IMG/VR virus record: IMGVR_UViG_3300043765_000026 | Coordinates: 1-49,702 of that record | DNA from: a virus | Lineage: Duplodnaviria; Caudoviricetes | Length of the DNA stretch: 49,702 bases | Direction: 5' to 3' (one strand) | In this document: piece by piece, positions 8,145-18,112 of the stretch | Position numbering within the stretch: the stretch's first letter is position 1 | How the letters are laid out: each line of letters starts with the position of its first letter | Made by a program: the position numbers and the translations under genes | The notes under the pieces: model-generated | Database searches by the model: none | Told to the model about the DNA's origin: nothing | The model's input: only the letters and a program-made list of their open reading frames with translations

Positions 8145-10373
8145 ATGTCTGACCCGCGTGCGCTCAACCTGCCGCCGCCGCCCCGGCCCCAGATCGCCGG
8201 TCAGGAAGCTGGCCGCTTTAACAATCAAGATCCGACGCAGCCCCAGCGAGCGCCTGATCTTTTCGATAACCGCGTGGGGCAGGGAAGTGAAGACAGCGGC
8301 ATCGTGATCGATACCGGGACGGGGATGGCGGTCACCGTCCGCGCCGACGGCCCCGATATCGAGGAAGAGGATCTTCCGGCGCCGGCGGTCCACATCCCGC
8401 GCCCGCCGGCGCCGTTCGACGAGAACCTGGCGATCACCTTGGGGCTCGAGGGCCGGGTGCTCAGCAATATCGGCGCCGAGGTGATCCAGGGGGTCGACGC
8501 CGACATCACCTCGCGCCAGGGCTGGATCGACCAGTACAACAAGGGGATCGACCTCATCGGGTCGAAGATCGAGGAGATCGGGACCAGAGGCGCGCGGCGC
8601 AACGTCAGTCGGATCGGCCACCCGCTGATGCTGGACGCGATGGTCAAGTACCAGGCCGGCGCCTCGGCTGAAATGCTCCCGGCGATGGGGCCGGCGAAGG
8701 TGCCGACGATCGGCAACGTGCCGTTGGAGGAGGAGCAGCGGGCGAACAATTTCGAGGCCGACCTCAACTACTATTTCACCGACGTTGCCACCGAGTATTA
8801 CCCCGACACCGGGCACATGCTGATGGGCCAGGCGTTCTGCGGCCTGGGATACAAGAAGGTGTTCCGTTGCCCGATCCGCCGCCGCCCGGTCTCGGAAAGC
8901 GTGCTCGCTCCCGACCTCATCGTCTCCGAGGAAGCGACCGACCTGCAGAATGCGGTGCGCGTCACCCACCGCATCGACATGACGAAGTCGCAGCTGTTGC
9001 GGATGCAGGTTGTCGGGCAATACCGCAGAATAGAACTGGGGATGCCGGGGTCGATGATGTTCGGCGGCTCGGCCCAGAGGAAGATCAAGGAGGCCGAAGG
9101 CATCACCATCGGCGGCTTTGCGAGGCCGGAGGACCAGCCTTACGAGATCCTGGAATGCGATCTCGACATCGACATCGACCATCACATCATCGACGGCTAC
9201 TGGGAACGCCGAACCCCTGACGGGCTGATGCTCCCTTATAAGGTCGCGGTCGAGCGCAACTCGCAGCAGGTCCTGGGCATGTGGCGCAACTGGGACCCCT
9301 CCGACCCGCTCTGTTTGAAGCAGAACATGTACGTGAAGTTCGGCCTGGTGCCGGGGTTCGGCTTTCACGACTGGGGGTTTCTGCAGCTACTGGGCAATCA
9401 GACGCGAGCACTCAGAGCGTGCTGGCGGCTTCTCATCGACACGGGGATGTTCTCCAACTTCCCCGGCGGCATCAAAAACAAGAACGCGCGCACCGCGACC
9501 AACGAGATCGCGCCGGCCCCGGGCGAGTTTACCGATGTCGACGCGCCACTGAGCGTTGATCTCAGCAAGATGTTCATGCCGATGCCCTACAAGGACGTGT
9601 CGCCGGCCTTGGTGCAGTTCACCGAACTGATCGGCCAGCACTCGCGCGAACTGGCGGGCTCGGTGATGCTGGAGACGGGCGAGGGGCGCACCAACATCCC
9701 GGTCGGCACGATCATGGCCTTTGTCGAGGACAAGGTGCAGACCTTCGCCGAGGTCTATAAGCGCAATCACAATGCGCAGAAGGAGGAGTTTCACAAGATC
9801 AGGAAACTCTTCGCCGAGCGTCCCAACGATCTGTGGGTGTTGACCCGCGAGCGGCCCAGCGATCCCAACGCGCAGCGAAGGCAGTGGGAGCGGGCCGAGG
9901 AGTTCACCGACCTGGCGCTGCGTCCGGCCTCGGACCCCAACGTGCCCTCGCGCATCCATCGCTTGATGGTCGACAACGTCCTGGGGCTCCTGGCGCAGCA
10001 GGCGCCCGACGTGATGGACCGCCGCGCCGTGCTCTCAGAGATCATCACCGATCTGGGCAAGGACGCGACGAAGTTCCTGGTGGCGCCGATGCAGAACGCC
10101 GGGCAGCAGCAGCCCGACCCGCGGGTCCAGGCGAAGATGATCGACAGCCAGACGAAGCAGCAGCAGATGATCGGCGAACAGCAGATCGCGGACGACAAGA
10201 ACCAGATCGAGCGCGAGAAAATGGCTCTCGATGCCTCCAAGGCCGCGGCGGAGAACGAGACGACGCAGCGGGTCGAGAACATCAAACAGATGGGCGAGGT
10301 CACAAAGCTGCATCACGAAGCGGCGTTAGGTATCGGGACGCAGGCGCAACCCGAACAGGAGGCGGCGGATTGA
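8145..10373 (+). CDS. Portal protein
   Basis: 742 aa between terL and head genes; helical; SRQGW, HPLM..A, G.G.KKV, GFLQLLG..Q...LIDTGMFSNFPGG pattern of podovirus-type portals; Q-rich C-terminal coiled coil. Confidence 0.88.
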   Translation: MSDPRALNLPPPPRPQIAGQEAGRFNNQDPTQPQRAPDLFDNRVGQGSEDSGIVIDTGTGMAVTVRADGPDIEEEDLPAPAVHIPRPPAPFDENLAITLGLEGRVLSNIGAEVIQGVDADITSRQGWIDQYNKGIDLIGSKIEEIGTRGARRNVSRIGHPLMLDAMVKYQAGASAEMLPAMGPAKVPTIGNVPLEEEQRANNFEADLNYYFTDVATEYYPDTGHMLMGQAFCGLGYKKVFRCPIRRRPVSESVLAPDLIVSEEATDLQNAVRVTHRIDMTKSQLLRMQVVGQYRRIELGMPGSMMFGGSAQRKIKEAEGITIGGFARPEDQPYEILECDLDIDIDHHIIDGYWERRTPDGLMLPYKVAVERNSQQVLGMWRNWDPSDPLCLKQNMYVKFGLVPGFGFHDWGFLQLLGNQTRALRACWRLLIDTGMFSNFPGGIKNKNARTATNEIAPAPGEFTDVDAPLSVDLSKMFMPMPYKDVSPALVQFTELIGQHSRELAGSVMLETGEGRTNIPVGTIMAFVEDKVQTFAEVYKRNHNAQKEEFHKIRKLFAERPNDLWVLTRERPSDPNAQRRQWERAEEFTDLALRPASDPNVPSRIHRLMVDNVLGLLAQQAPDVMDRRAVLSEIITDLGKDATKFLVAPMQNAGQQQPDPRVQAKMIDSQTKQQQMIGEQQIADDKNQIEREKMALDASKAAAENETTQRVENIKQMGEVTKLHHEAALGIGTQAQPEQEAAD

Positions 10374-10768
10374 GCGAGGAACACACACGGCTAGTGCCGC
10401 GCATGGTCGAGGGCGCCGAACTCTACGACCCCCAGCGCCGCCTCTCCGACGACGAGAAGGCGATCGCCGAAGGTAATCACCGGCAGAGGCAGGCCCGGCA
10501 GGCCGCTTACGAGGCCGGTCTGGGCGCCGGCAGTCACGACAACCCGATGCCCAGCTTCGTCCGCCGCCACATGCACTGGTTCAATCTGGGCCTCGAGGGT
10601 GCCCGCCGCGCCCCCGGGCTCTACTGGCTCAGGACCGAGGAGGGGCCGATCGTCGGCGAGTGGAGCGGCAAGGAATGGCTCTTCATCGGCGACCCCCTCA
10701 CAACGAGTGGGATGTTTTACTCCGATAAGGATATCATCGGTCCCTGTGTAATTCCCTCGGGGGTCTAA
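10370..10768 (+). CDS. Hypothetical protein
   Basis: TTG overlapping the portal stop, SD GGAGG; C-terminal part of the track ORF 9833-10768 (PGLYWLR..GEW...W). Confidence 0.5.
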   Translation: MSEEHTRLVPRMVEGAELYDPQRRLSDDEKAIAEGNHRQRQARQAAYEAGLGAGSHDNPMPSFVRRHMHWFNLGLEGARRAPGLYWLRTEEGPIVGEWSGKEWLFIGDPLTTSGMFYSDKDIIGPCVIPSGV

Positions 10769-10769
10769 G

Positions 10770-11030
10770 ATGTCGGTATCTTCCGCATGTGTCTATCGGC
10801 CGAATGTGGTGACGCCCTGGCGGCACGAGGCAGTCGCGTTAAAGAACAGGATCGTCGAACTCATACGCGAAAACGCCGATCCAGAAGTGCAATACCGACT
10901 AGCAACCGATATCTCTCAGGACATCGTGCAGGATGTCGCGCAGGAGCTCCGAAGGGTCTATGGCAAGACCTTTGACAGCATCATCGACGGCTCGACCCGG
11001 GTCGTCTTTCTGAAACCGGCGGCGTGTTAA
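10770..11030 (+). CDS. Hypothetical protein
   Basis: Abuts the previous stop; lower GC. Confidence 0.5.
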   Translation: MSVSSACVYRPNVVTPWRHEAVALKNRIVELIRENADPEVQYRLATDISQDIVQDVAQELRRVYGKTFDSIIDGSTRVVFLKPAAC

Positions 11031-11338
11031 CCCCGGTTAAATTCCACGTGGAATTGGAACTCGCCCAGCTGCGGCGCGAGGCGGCGTGGCAGGACCTGGG
11101 AAACCGGATCGGCGACTTTGTCGCGACCCAACTGATCGACAGCAAGAAGCCGATCACCATGCCGGATTGCAACCGGATCCTCAACGAGGCGGTGGCGCGG
11201 TTTGCGCGTGAGCTCCCGCCGCAGATGATCGCGCAGCTTGTCCAGGCGCAGATCAGTGTCGAGGCCGAGCGCCGCCGTCAGGTCGCGATGCTGCCCCAGC
11301 CGGTAAAACGCGACCGATTTGGGCGACCGAGGAAATGA
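11024..11338 (+). CDS. Hypothetical protein (5' end contains a parS-like palindrome)
   Basis: Overlaps the upstream stop; helical composition. Confidence 0.55.
   Translation: MLTPVKFHVELELAQLRREAAWQDLGNRIGDFVATQLIDSKKPITMPDCNRILNEAVARFARELPPQMIAQLVQAQISVEAERRRQVAMLPQPVKRDRFGRPRK
11040..11055. promoter_or_regulatory. parS-like perfect palindrome AATTCCACGTGGAATT
   Basis: Identical to 2739-2754 and 28860-28875. Confidence 0.7.
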
Positions 11339-11371
11339 TGATAGCGTTATGCCTAATCCGGGAGAGCGCTG

Positions 11372-12460
11372 ATGGCTTACGTCCATGAGAGTTTGAACAA
11401 CAAGCGGGTTCGGCGCGTCCTCAACACGACCGGTCACGGTCACGGCGCCAAGGGCGGGCATTTCCAGATCTCGCGCCAGTTGGCGAAGAATGCCGACGCG
11501 ATGGCCGACAAGCGCCTCATCGACCACGAGATCGAGCGGGCGATCGGCGAGCACGACGAGCAGCTTCATGGCGGCAAGAAGACGAGATTGCGGCTGCAGT
11601 TTGGCGGCAGTGCGGCAGGGCCGATGGAGCCGGCCCGGGCCGACCGTGCGCCCAGAGGCCGCGCCAAGGGCAACGGCGACGCCAAGGACAAGAACCGGAT
11701 CCAGATCATCATCGCTCCGCAGGGCGCAGGCGGGCCTGGTGGTGCGCCGGCGCGTCCGCCGATGCCGCCGGTACGCCCGCCGATGCCGCCGCCCAGACCG
11801 CCGATGCCCCCACCGGGTGCCGGTGGTCCGCCGGGTATGCCTCCGGGTGGCCCGCCTCCGGGGATGGGTGCGCCCCCGGGCTTGCCGCCGGGCGGTCCGC
11901 CGCCGGGGATGCCCCCTGGTGGTCCGCCGCCGGGAATGCGTCCGCCGGGGATGGCGGCAGGCGGGCGAGCGCGACGACAGATGGGTGGTCCGGCGGCGAT
12001 GCCGGGTGGCCCGGCTCCCGGCGCGGCGATGGCGCCGATCGGTCCGGGTCCGGGCGGCAGTGCGGTACCGCCGCCGCCCAACATGGGCGGGACGGCGAGA
12101 GCCAGAGGCGGTCGCGCCGGCTCGGACGAGGACTGCTACGCCAAGGGCGGGTCGATCCGCGCCCGGAAGCCAAAAGGCCAGGCGTTCTCCGCCGGGGCGG
12201 ACATGCCGGAAGGCGCGCGTCAGCCCGACGACACATTGCCGATGAAGCAGCAGCGTCCCGAACAGGCGATCGAGACCGCAGCGGCCCAGGCTGGTCCCGG
12301 CGACATGGATGTCGGCGACGACAACATGAAGCGCGGCGGCAGGGCGAATGGCGGCGAGTGCGGCCCGGGACGGGTGCCGATGACCGCCGGCTCGGCGTCG
12401 GGCCCCGGGCGTCTCGAGAAAGCCAAGCACCTTCCTTATTGCGAGGGCGGGCGAGGGTAA
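11372..12460 (+). CDS. Pro/Gly-rich low-complexity protein with repeated x-x-GG motifs (putative internal virion protein)
   Basis: SD GGAGAG; PPGGPPPGM repeats; AKGG, AAGGR, YAKGG, MKRGGR. Confidence 0.7.
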   Translation: MAYVHESLNNKRVRRVLNTTGHGHGAKGGHFQISRQLAKNADAMADKRLIDHEIERAIGEHDEQLHGGKKTRLRLQFGGSAAGPMEPARADRAPRGRAKGNGDAKDKNRIQIIIAPQGAGGPGGAPARPPMPPVRPPMPPPRPPMPPPGAGGPPGMPPGGPPPGMGAPPGLPPGGPPPGMPPGGPPPGMRPPGMAAGGRARRQMGGPAAMPGGPAPGAAMAPIGPGPGGSAVPPPPNMGGTARARGGRAGSDEDCYAKGGSIRARKPKGQAFSAGADMPEGARQPDDTLPMKQQRPEQAIETAAAQAGPGDMDVGDDNMKRGGRANGGECGPGRVPMTAGSASGPGRLEKAKHLPYCEGGRG

Positions 12461-12540
12461 TGGCCCACAGCCATCGCCCGCAGCATCCGCGCCAGCAGCG
12501 TTCGCGTGATCAACTCCCACCGATCATAGGAGCGAGACCG

Positions 12541-12750
12541 ATGTCAGGCACCGAACCACCTGTCGATCCCGGCACACCGCCCGAGACCCCGCCGGAGACC
12601 CCGCCCGAAACCCCGCCGGAAGAGGCCGGACCGCCGCCCAACACCAGCGGCGGCGCCGTGCCGGACGATGTCAAGGCATGGGTGCGCGACGAGCTCGACC
12701 TTTACCAGGCCGGGCACGGACGGGTGACCCGCACCGAGACCAACGCATAA
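12541..12750 (+). CDS. Small Pro/Glu-rich protein (PPET repeats)
   Basis: SD AGGAG before ATG 12541; an alternative start is at 12460. Confidence 0.55.
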   Translation: MSGTEPPVDPGTPPETPPETPPETPPEEAGPPPNTSGGAVPDDVKAWVRDELDLYQAGHGRVTRTETNA

Positions 12751-12759
12751 TCTGGTTCA

Positions 12760-13188
12760 GTGAACGAGAACCCGGTTGTCAAGCCGCCCTTAAACCCGGA
12801 CATCCACATCGAGGCGGATGTCCCGGCGAGGGGCGAAGAGGGGCATGTCGAGAAGATCGCCGAGGTCTTCCAGGCCGGTCTTGAGGCCGCCTCTGCCTCG
12901 ACGACGATCCGCCTCAAGATGATCCTGGGCGAGGCGTACCAGAAATACACCGACATCGCCTTCTGGCTGGCGCAGGAGCTCGCCAAGGACGAGGCGAAGG
13001 CGCCGGGCCTCATTGCGGCGGCGCAGCAATACGCGAAGAACCCGGCGCTTCTCAAAAGCAACTACGCGCCGGTGCATCGCGACATCGTCCGGGTGCAGCA
13101 GGATCTTCTCGAGGAAGCGATCGACAGCGGCTATTACGGGGTGGCGATCGAGGACAAGAGTTGCTCGGACCCGGCGGACGATACGTAG
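12760..13188 (+). CDS. Hypothetical protein
   Basis: GC-rich third positions; in the head-gene run. Confidence 0.6.
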   Translation: MNENPVVKPPLNPDIHIEADVPARGEEGHVEKIAEVFQAGLEAASASTTIRLKMILGEAYQKYTDIAFWLAQELAKDEAKAPGLIAAAQQYAKNPALLKSNYAPVHRDIVRVQQDLLEEAIDSGYYGVAIEDKSCSDPADDT

Positions 13189-13415
13189 ATCCCGACAACC
13201 CGGACCAGTGGTCCCGGCTTCTCGAGCGTTTGCTGGCCGATCAGCGGGCCATCATCCGCGAGGTCATGGGGGGCGCGCTCAGCCCCGAAGAGTATCTTTC
13301 CCAGACCGCGCGCTTTAACGAGCTCGAGCGCATTCGCGATCTGATCCGCGAGGTTGCGGCGGGTCGCGACGTCGAACTGGCGCCCCCGGCACCGCTGCGT
13401 CACCCCGAAGAGTAA
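13161..13415 (+). CDS. Small helical protein preceding the GroES-like gene
   Basis: TTG start with SD GAGGA; GGA.S.EEY...helix pattern. Confidence 0.55.
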   Translation: MLGPGGRYVDPDNPDQWSRLLERLLADQRAIIREVMGGALSPEEYLSQTARFNELERIRDLIREVAAGRDVELAPPAPLRHPEE

Positions 13416-13420
13416 GAGCT

Positions 13421-13500
13421 AAACCACACGCTTTTTCTGTGATGTTTGACAAGCGCCCAATTCCCGCGTCATTTTAATGTACGGTTTTTCAGTGTGGTTT
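13421..13500 (+). promoter_or_regulatory. sigma70-like promoter (TTGACA-17bp-TCATTT) flanked by a 9-bp inverted repeat
   Basis: TTGACA at 13446-13451; AAACCACAC 13421-13429 and GTGTGGTTT 13492-13500; AT-rich intergenic region. Confidence 0.6.
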
Positions 13501-13516
13501 CCTGGGCGGGAAGGGG

Positions 13517-13957
13517 ATGTCTGACCAGCTAATCTCGCAGGCGGTGCAGTTTCAGATCGACCCCGACGAGGAGCGGCGTCGGATTTTCGCCGAAATCGGC
13601 GATGTGCTGGACGAGATCAAGGTCGGCGGTGCTGACGTTCTTGTCGCCACCTGGAAGCCCGACCAAGAGCGCAGGACCGCCGGCGGGTTGATCCTCACGC
13701 AGAAGAGCGCGGACGAGTACGACTACCAGGGCGTCACCGGCCTCATCCTCAAGCTGGGGCCGTATGCGTACAAGAGTGAGAAGACCAAGTCCTGGTTTGT
13801 CGACAAGGACAACGACCCCGACCCGCCAAAGGTCGGCGAGTGGGTCTCTTACACGTACCTCAAGGGCGCGTCCTTCAAGCTGAAGACCAAGTCCTGCCGG
13901 CTCGTCAACGACCAGTACATCCTGCTGCGCATCACGCGGCCGGATCTGATCGCGTGA
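13517..13957 (+). CDS. GroES/Cpn10-like co-chaperonin
   Basis: Mobile-loop RTAGGLIL, G.ILKLGP.AY, PKVGEWV, RLVND..IL match the Cpn10 fold. Confidence 0.82.
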   Translation: MSDQLISQAVQFQIDPDEERRRIFAEIGDVLDEIKVGGADVLVATWKPDQERRTAGGLILTQKSADEYDYQGVTGLILKLGPYAYKSEKTKSWFVDKDNDPDPPKVGEWVSYTYLKGASFKLKTKSCRLVNDQYILLRITRPDLIA

Positions 13958-13964
13958 GGTAACG

Positions 13965-14948
13965 ATGCCCGACGATATCTCTACGTTACGGGCCGCACTC
14001 GACGCCGCCAACCGCCGCAACGCCGCACTGACCCAGGAAGCGAACAGCGCTCACGCCACCGCGCACCAGGCGACACAGGGCCAGGTCGCCGGCAATCTGC
14101 AGGGCGTTGCCAACGCGATCGAGCAGGTCAAGGCGGCGCAGTCGCTGGCCCGGCAGAAATGGGTGGCGCTGCAGCAGGAAGGCAATTTCGAGGAAGCGGG
14201 GGAAGTCACCCAGGCGATGGCCGAGCAGTCGGCCCGGCTCGCCCAGCTTGAGGGCGAGAAGCGCTACTGGGAACAGCAAGCCTCGCAACTGTCGCAATCG
14301 CAGCCCCGGCAGGTTGCCGACCCGCTCGCCGGCTACAGCAACGAGGAGCGGGCGTGGATCGACCGCCACCCCGGCTACATGAACGACCCCGCTTACAAGC
14401 ACAAGGTGGACAGTGCCGCTTCCGAGGCGATGAACGTCCACGGCTACCAGCGCAACAGCCAACAGTATTTCGATCACATCAACCGGGCGGTCGAGGACGG
14501 GGGCGACGTCGGCGGGGGAGACGACGGCGAAGCCTTCTCCGATACCGGCGAGGACAACCGGCCGCCGCAGCAACGCCACACCATCGACCTGCCCTCTGCC
14601 ACGCCGCAAGTGGAGACCCCGGTGCTAAGGACGCAGCAAGCGAACGGCGACGCGCCGGTCGAGCCGCAGGAACGTGCCGTGGGACGCGGCGGCGCCGGGA
14701 TCTCGGGAGCCGCGGCCCCGTCCCGGCGCACCCTGCAGGATCACGGGCGCAACGTCACCAGTGGCCGGGTGTCGCTCTCCGCCGAGGAACTCTCCGCCGC
14801 CCACTCGCTGGTCGAGACGATCGAGGGCGACAAGGCGGCGGGCTGGACGCCGCAGCAAGTCGCCGAATGGTACTACCACAACCTTCATCACCCCAGTCAC
14901 GCCAACACGCGCCGGCGCAGCTGGGCCCGCGACGCGGCGATCGCATGA
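13965..14948 (+). CDS. Probable capsid scaffolding protein
   Basis: Coiled coil, W...P, YFDHI, V.LS.EE...A pattern; position upstream of capsid genes. Confidence 0.6.
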   Translation: MPDDISTLRAALDAANRRNAALTQEANSAHATAHQATQGQVAGNLQGVANAIEQVKAAQSLARQKWVALQQEGNFEEAGEVTQAMAEQSARLAQLEGEKRYWEQQASQLSQSQPRQVADPLAGYSNEERAWIDRHPGYMNDPAYKHKVDSAASEAMNVHGYQRNSQQYFDHINRAVEDGGDVGGGDDGEAFSDTGEDNRPPQQRHTIDLPSATPQVETPVLRTQQANGDAPVEPQERAVGRGGAGISGAAAPSRRTLQDHGRNVTSGRVSLSAEELSAAHSLVETIEGDKAAGWTPQQVAEWYYHNLHHPSHANTRRRSWARDAAIA

Positions 14949-15556
14949 ACACGCAGCGCACCAACCTGCCGCCGGTGCTCGACAGCAAGCCCGACCCCAA
15001 GATCCCGGTCGCCGCGGCGATCGAGTTCGACACCGCCCGCGACAACGGGCGCGATCCCGACCGCGACGACGAGTACATCCGATTGACCCCGACCGAGCCG
15101 TCGGAGAAATACGAGCTCGACCCGCGCGAGCGCGAGCCGGGGATGGACTACATCTGGGCCTCGGTCAGGGTGCCGTATTCGACACTGAAGAACCGGCGGC
15201 TCAACGACTACCAGCGCGGCGGGTGGAAATTCTGCCGGGCCGCGGATCACCCGTCGAAGTCCGGCTACAAGCCGGGGCACATGGTCAACAAGCGCTTTAT
15301 CGAACTGGGGATCGAGGACGAGGTCCAGGCCGACGATCCGGTGTTCAACGACAATTTGGTGCTGATGAAGCGCCCCAAGGCTCTCTCCCAGCAGGCCGAG
15401 AGGGAGCGCGACACGGCAGCGGCCTCGCAGATCAACGATCACTTGCGCCGGCAGCGCGAGAAGTCGGAGCGAGAGATCGGCCGGCAGTACACGCAGATGC
15501 GCCGGCAATACGGCCCGGCGGACGAGGCACCACCAGACGCGGCGGAGGCTTTTTAG
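14945..15556 (+). CDS. Conserved head-module protein (GMDYIW...GW..DHP...LVLMKRPK)
   Basis: ATGA overlap at 14945; true start lies inside the track ORF 14354-15556. Confidence 0.65.
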   Translation: MNTQRTNLPPVLDSKPDPKIPVAAAIEFDTARDNGRDPDRDDEYIRLTPTEPSEKYELDPREREPGMDYIWASVRVPYSTLKNRRLNDYQRGGWKFCRAADHPSKSGYKPGHMVNKRFIELGIEDEVQADDPVFNDNLVLMKRPKALSQQAERERDTAAASQINDHLRRQREKSEREIGRQYTQMRRQYGPADEAPPDAAEAF

Positions 15557-15558
15557 CG

Positions 15559-16155
15559 ATGGCAAACCCGACAGTTGGATACGGTTTCCGGCCTGTCGCG
15601 CTGATCGACAGCAGCGGCGTCCCGAACTTCGGTGCCTACACCGGGTTCATCAACCCGGCCTCGGCGCAGAAGATCTTCTACGGCGACGTGCTCGCGGTGC
15701 TCGCCGGCGGCTATTTCGCCCCGGCGGCATTTGTCGGCGGCGGCGGGCCGATCGGCGGTGTGGCGGACAGCCTGTTCATGTGGAACAGCATCACCGCGCG
15801 CATGCGCCTGCGGCAGAACTTCTGGACCGGCGTCGCGGGTGACGTGCAACCCGGCGGCACGGTCGAAATGCGCGCCAACTGCTTTTCCAACGTCGTCTTC
15901 CAGTGCCGCACCACGGGCCTCTCGGGGAACCCGGTGACCCAGGCGCAGGTCGGGTACGGGATCAACTTCAACGCCGGCGCCGGCGGCAACCCGCTCAACG
16001 GCTTGTCGAGCTACATGGCCGACGACAGCCAGATGAACGCCACGCCCGGATCCTTGCCCTTCAAGGTCTACGGCATTGTCGGGAACCCGGAGAGCGACCC
16101 GACCTCGATCAACAACGAGATCCAGGTCGTCTTCAACAACCTGACGATCCCGTAA
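15559..16155 (+). CDS. Probable capsid decoration/cement protein
   Basis: SD GGAGG; MAN..GYGFRPV...IFYGD pattern, beta-rich; immediately before the major capsid gene. Confidence 0.65.
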   Translation: MANPTVGYGFRPVALIDSSGVPNFGAYTGFINPASAQKIFYGDVLAVLAGGYFAPAAFVGGGGPIGGVADSLFMWNSITARMRLRQNFWTGVAGDVQPGGTVEMRANCFSNVVFQCRTTGLSGNPVTQAQVGYGINFNAGAGGNPLNGLSSYMADDSQMNATPGSLPFKVYGIVGNPESDPTSINNEIQVVFNNLTIP

Positions 16156-16182
16156 GAAGCCTTCGCAGAGGAGAGTTGAGAC

Positions 16183-17091
16183 ATGCCTGTCACACGAGGC
16201 TCAGAGCGCGATCTCCTCCTGCCAGGGCTTGCGGGGGTCGAGGGCAAGTACCCACAAATTGTGCGCCAATGGCCGAACGTGTTCTGGCGCGGGCACTCCA
16301 AGATGAGCTTGGAGCGCATCGCCGAAATGCGTTACACGGGCCTCGCCCAGCTGAAGAACGAAGGATCGGCGACGGTCTTCGACAACGCCCCGGGCGAGCG
16401 CTTCATCTGGCAGATCGAGCACAACGCCTATGGCCTCGGAACCGCGATCACCCGCGAGGCATTGGACGACAACCTCTACAAAGAGCATTTCGGCCCGATG
16501 TCGATCGGTCTCGCCGAGAGCTTCGCCCAGACCGAGGAGATTGTTCACGCCAACGTGATCAATCAGTCGACGGTGGTGAACCCGCTCTATTTCGGCGACA
16601 ACCAACCCTTGGCGTCGACCGCGCACCCGATCGACAACGGCTCCTACGCCAACCGACCGTCGCCCGATCTCGATCTGGCCGAGAGCGCGCTGGAATACGC
16701 GCTGCAGCAGATCCGCGTCTTCCCCGACCAGGCCGGTCTGCGCCTCTTGGCGCGGGGCCGCAAGCTGGTGGTGCCGATCGCGCTCGAGTTCACCGCGGAG
16801 CGCCTGTGCAAGGCCGAGCTCCGCCCCGGCACCAACAGCAACGACATCACCGCGTTCCTGTCGAGCGGTGGCCTCGAGGAAGGCTACCAGGTGATGGATT
16901 ACCTCACTTCGCCCTTCCTCTGGGCGGTGCTGTCGACGATCCGCGGGCTGGTCTCTTACGAGCGTGTGCCGTTTGAGCTCGACCTGCAGGTCGACCCCGT
17001 CACCGGCAACCTACTCATCATCGCCTACCAGCGTTACGGCGTGGGCATCCGCAATCCCCGCGGGATCTGGATTTCGGCGCCGACGGCCTAA
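16183..17091 (+). CDS. Major capsid protein (HK97 fold inferred)
   Basis: 302 aa; LLPGL, G.A..K.EG, YGLG.AITREALDDNLY, L.STAHP, LVVP..LEF.AERL, RYG.G..NPRGIW. Confidence 0.88.
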   Translation: MPVTRGSERDLLLPGLAGVEGKYPQIVRQWPNVFWRGHSKMSLERIAEMRYTGLAQLKNEGSATVFDNAPGERFIWQIEHNAYGLGTAITREALDDNLYKEHFGPMSIGLAESFAQTEEIVHANVINQSTVVNPLYFGDNQPLASTAHPIDNGSYANRPSPDLDLAESALEYALQQIRVFPDQAGLRLLARGRKLVVPIALEFTAERLCKAELRPGTNSNDITAFLSSGGLEEGYQVMDYLTSPFLWAVLSTIRGLVSYERVPFELDLQVDPVTGNLLIIAYQRYGVGIRNPRGIWISAPTA

Positions 17092-17109
17092 AGACCGGGA
17101 GGAACCTCG

Positions 17110-18111
17110 ATGTCTGTATCGGCCCTAGACGGCCCGCTCTCGGTTAACGGCCAGCGCCCGCCGATGGTGGGGCCGACGCCGCCGACCGGTGGCCCGGCAG
17201 CGACACTCGATTACAATTCCGACATTGCGCCTTCGCTGTTGCATGGCGGCAACGGCATCCGCGATCCCAGGATGATGCCGCGTGGCGGCGGCCAGGGACC
17301 GCTCGGCCCCGGCGGCTACGCCAACCAGGACGGCGGCTGGTACGACACCGGTGCGGCCGGGATCGCGCTCATCGATGCGGTGCCGCAGGCATTGGCGGCG
17401 AACAATATCGCCAACGTCGCGAGCGTGACGCAGGGCGTGCCGATGGCGCTGGCGACGGCGACCACCGCGGCGATCACCGTGATCGGTGCGGGTGGGCTGG
17501 CCTTGCCGGTGCCGCTCGGCGCCCAGGTGCCGGCGGGCGCGCTCGCGCTCGACGGGCCCTCGGGCTATGTCGGCGGCGGCGCCTCGGGGGCGTTCCAGTT
17601 CTTCGATCCGACCCGCGCGCTGTCGCGCTGCATCAACATCACCGGCGTGGCCGGCGGCACCGGCGGTGTCTTTGTCGTCACCGGCATGGATGTCTACGGG
17701 CAGATCACGCACCAGAACATCACGGTCGGCGCCGGCGCGGTCAGCGCGGCGAGCCTCAAGGCGTTCAAGTACATCATTTCGATCGTCCCGCAGTTCACCG
17801 ATGTCCACGCCTACACCGTGGGCACGACCGACACCTACGGTCTGCCGATGCGTCTGGCGGCGTTTCCCGGGGCCTATGCGACGGGTTACTGGGCGGGCGC
17901 GCAGATCACCTCGCCGACCGGCTACACCGCGGCGGTGACGACCTCGCCGGCGACCGCTTTGACCGGCGACGTGCGCGGCACTTATGCGCTGCAGAGCGCC
18001 TCCAACGGCACCAACCGGTTCCAGCTGTTCGGTGGCCTCTCGGTGGCGCAGGCGGTCGCGGCCTCGCTGGCGGCGTACACGGCTAACGTGGTGGGGGTGA
18101 CGCAATTCTGA
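17110..18111 (+). CDS. Virion structural protein
   Basis: SD GGAGG; Gly/Ala/Thr beta-rich; G.DVYGQ, KAFKYI, TGDVRGTY. Confidence 0.7.
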   Translation: MSVSALDGPLSVNGQRPPMVGPTPPTGGPAATLDYNSDIAPSLLHGGNGIRDPRMMPRGGGQGPLGPGGYANQDGGWYDTGAAGIALIDAVPQALAANNIANVASVTQGVPMALATATTAAITVIGAGGLALPVPLGAQVPAGALALDGPSGYVGGGASGAFQFFDPTRALSRCINITGVAGGTGGVFVVTGMDVYGQITHQNITVGAGAVSAASLKAFKYIISIVPQFTDVHAYTVGTTDTYGLPMRLAAFPGAYATGYWAGAQITSPTGYTAAVTTSPATALTGDVRGTYALQSASNGTNRFQLFGGLSVAQAVAASLAAYTANVVGVTQF

Positions 18112-18112
18112 T

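Noticed and set aside
11750-11950. Tandem repeats (PPGGPPPGM; also PPET at ~12575-12620 and AP at ~36604-36755) as CRISPR or DGR elements
   Set aside because: Degenerate in-frame coding repeats with no spacers; no cas or reverse transcriptase genes seen
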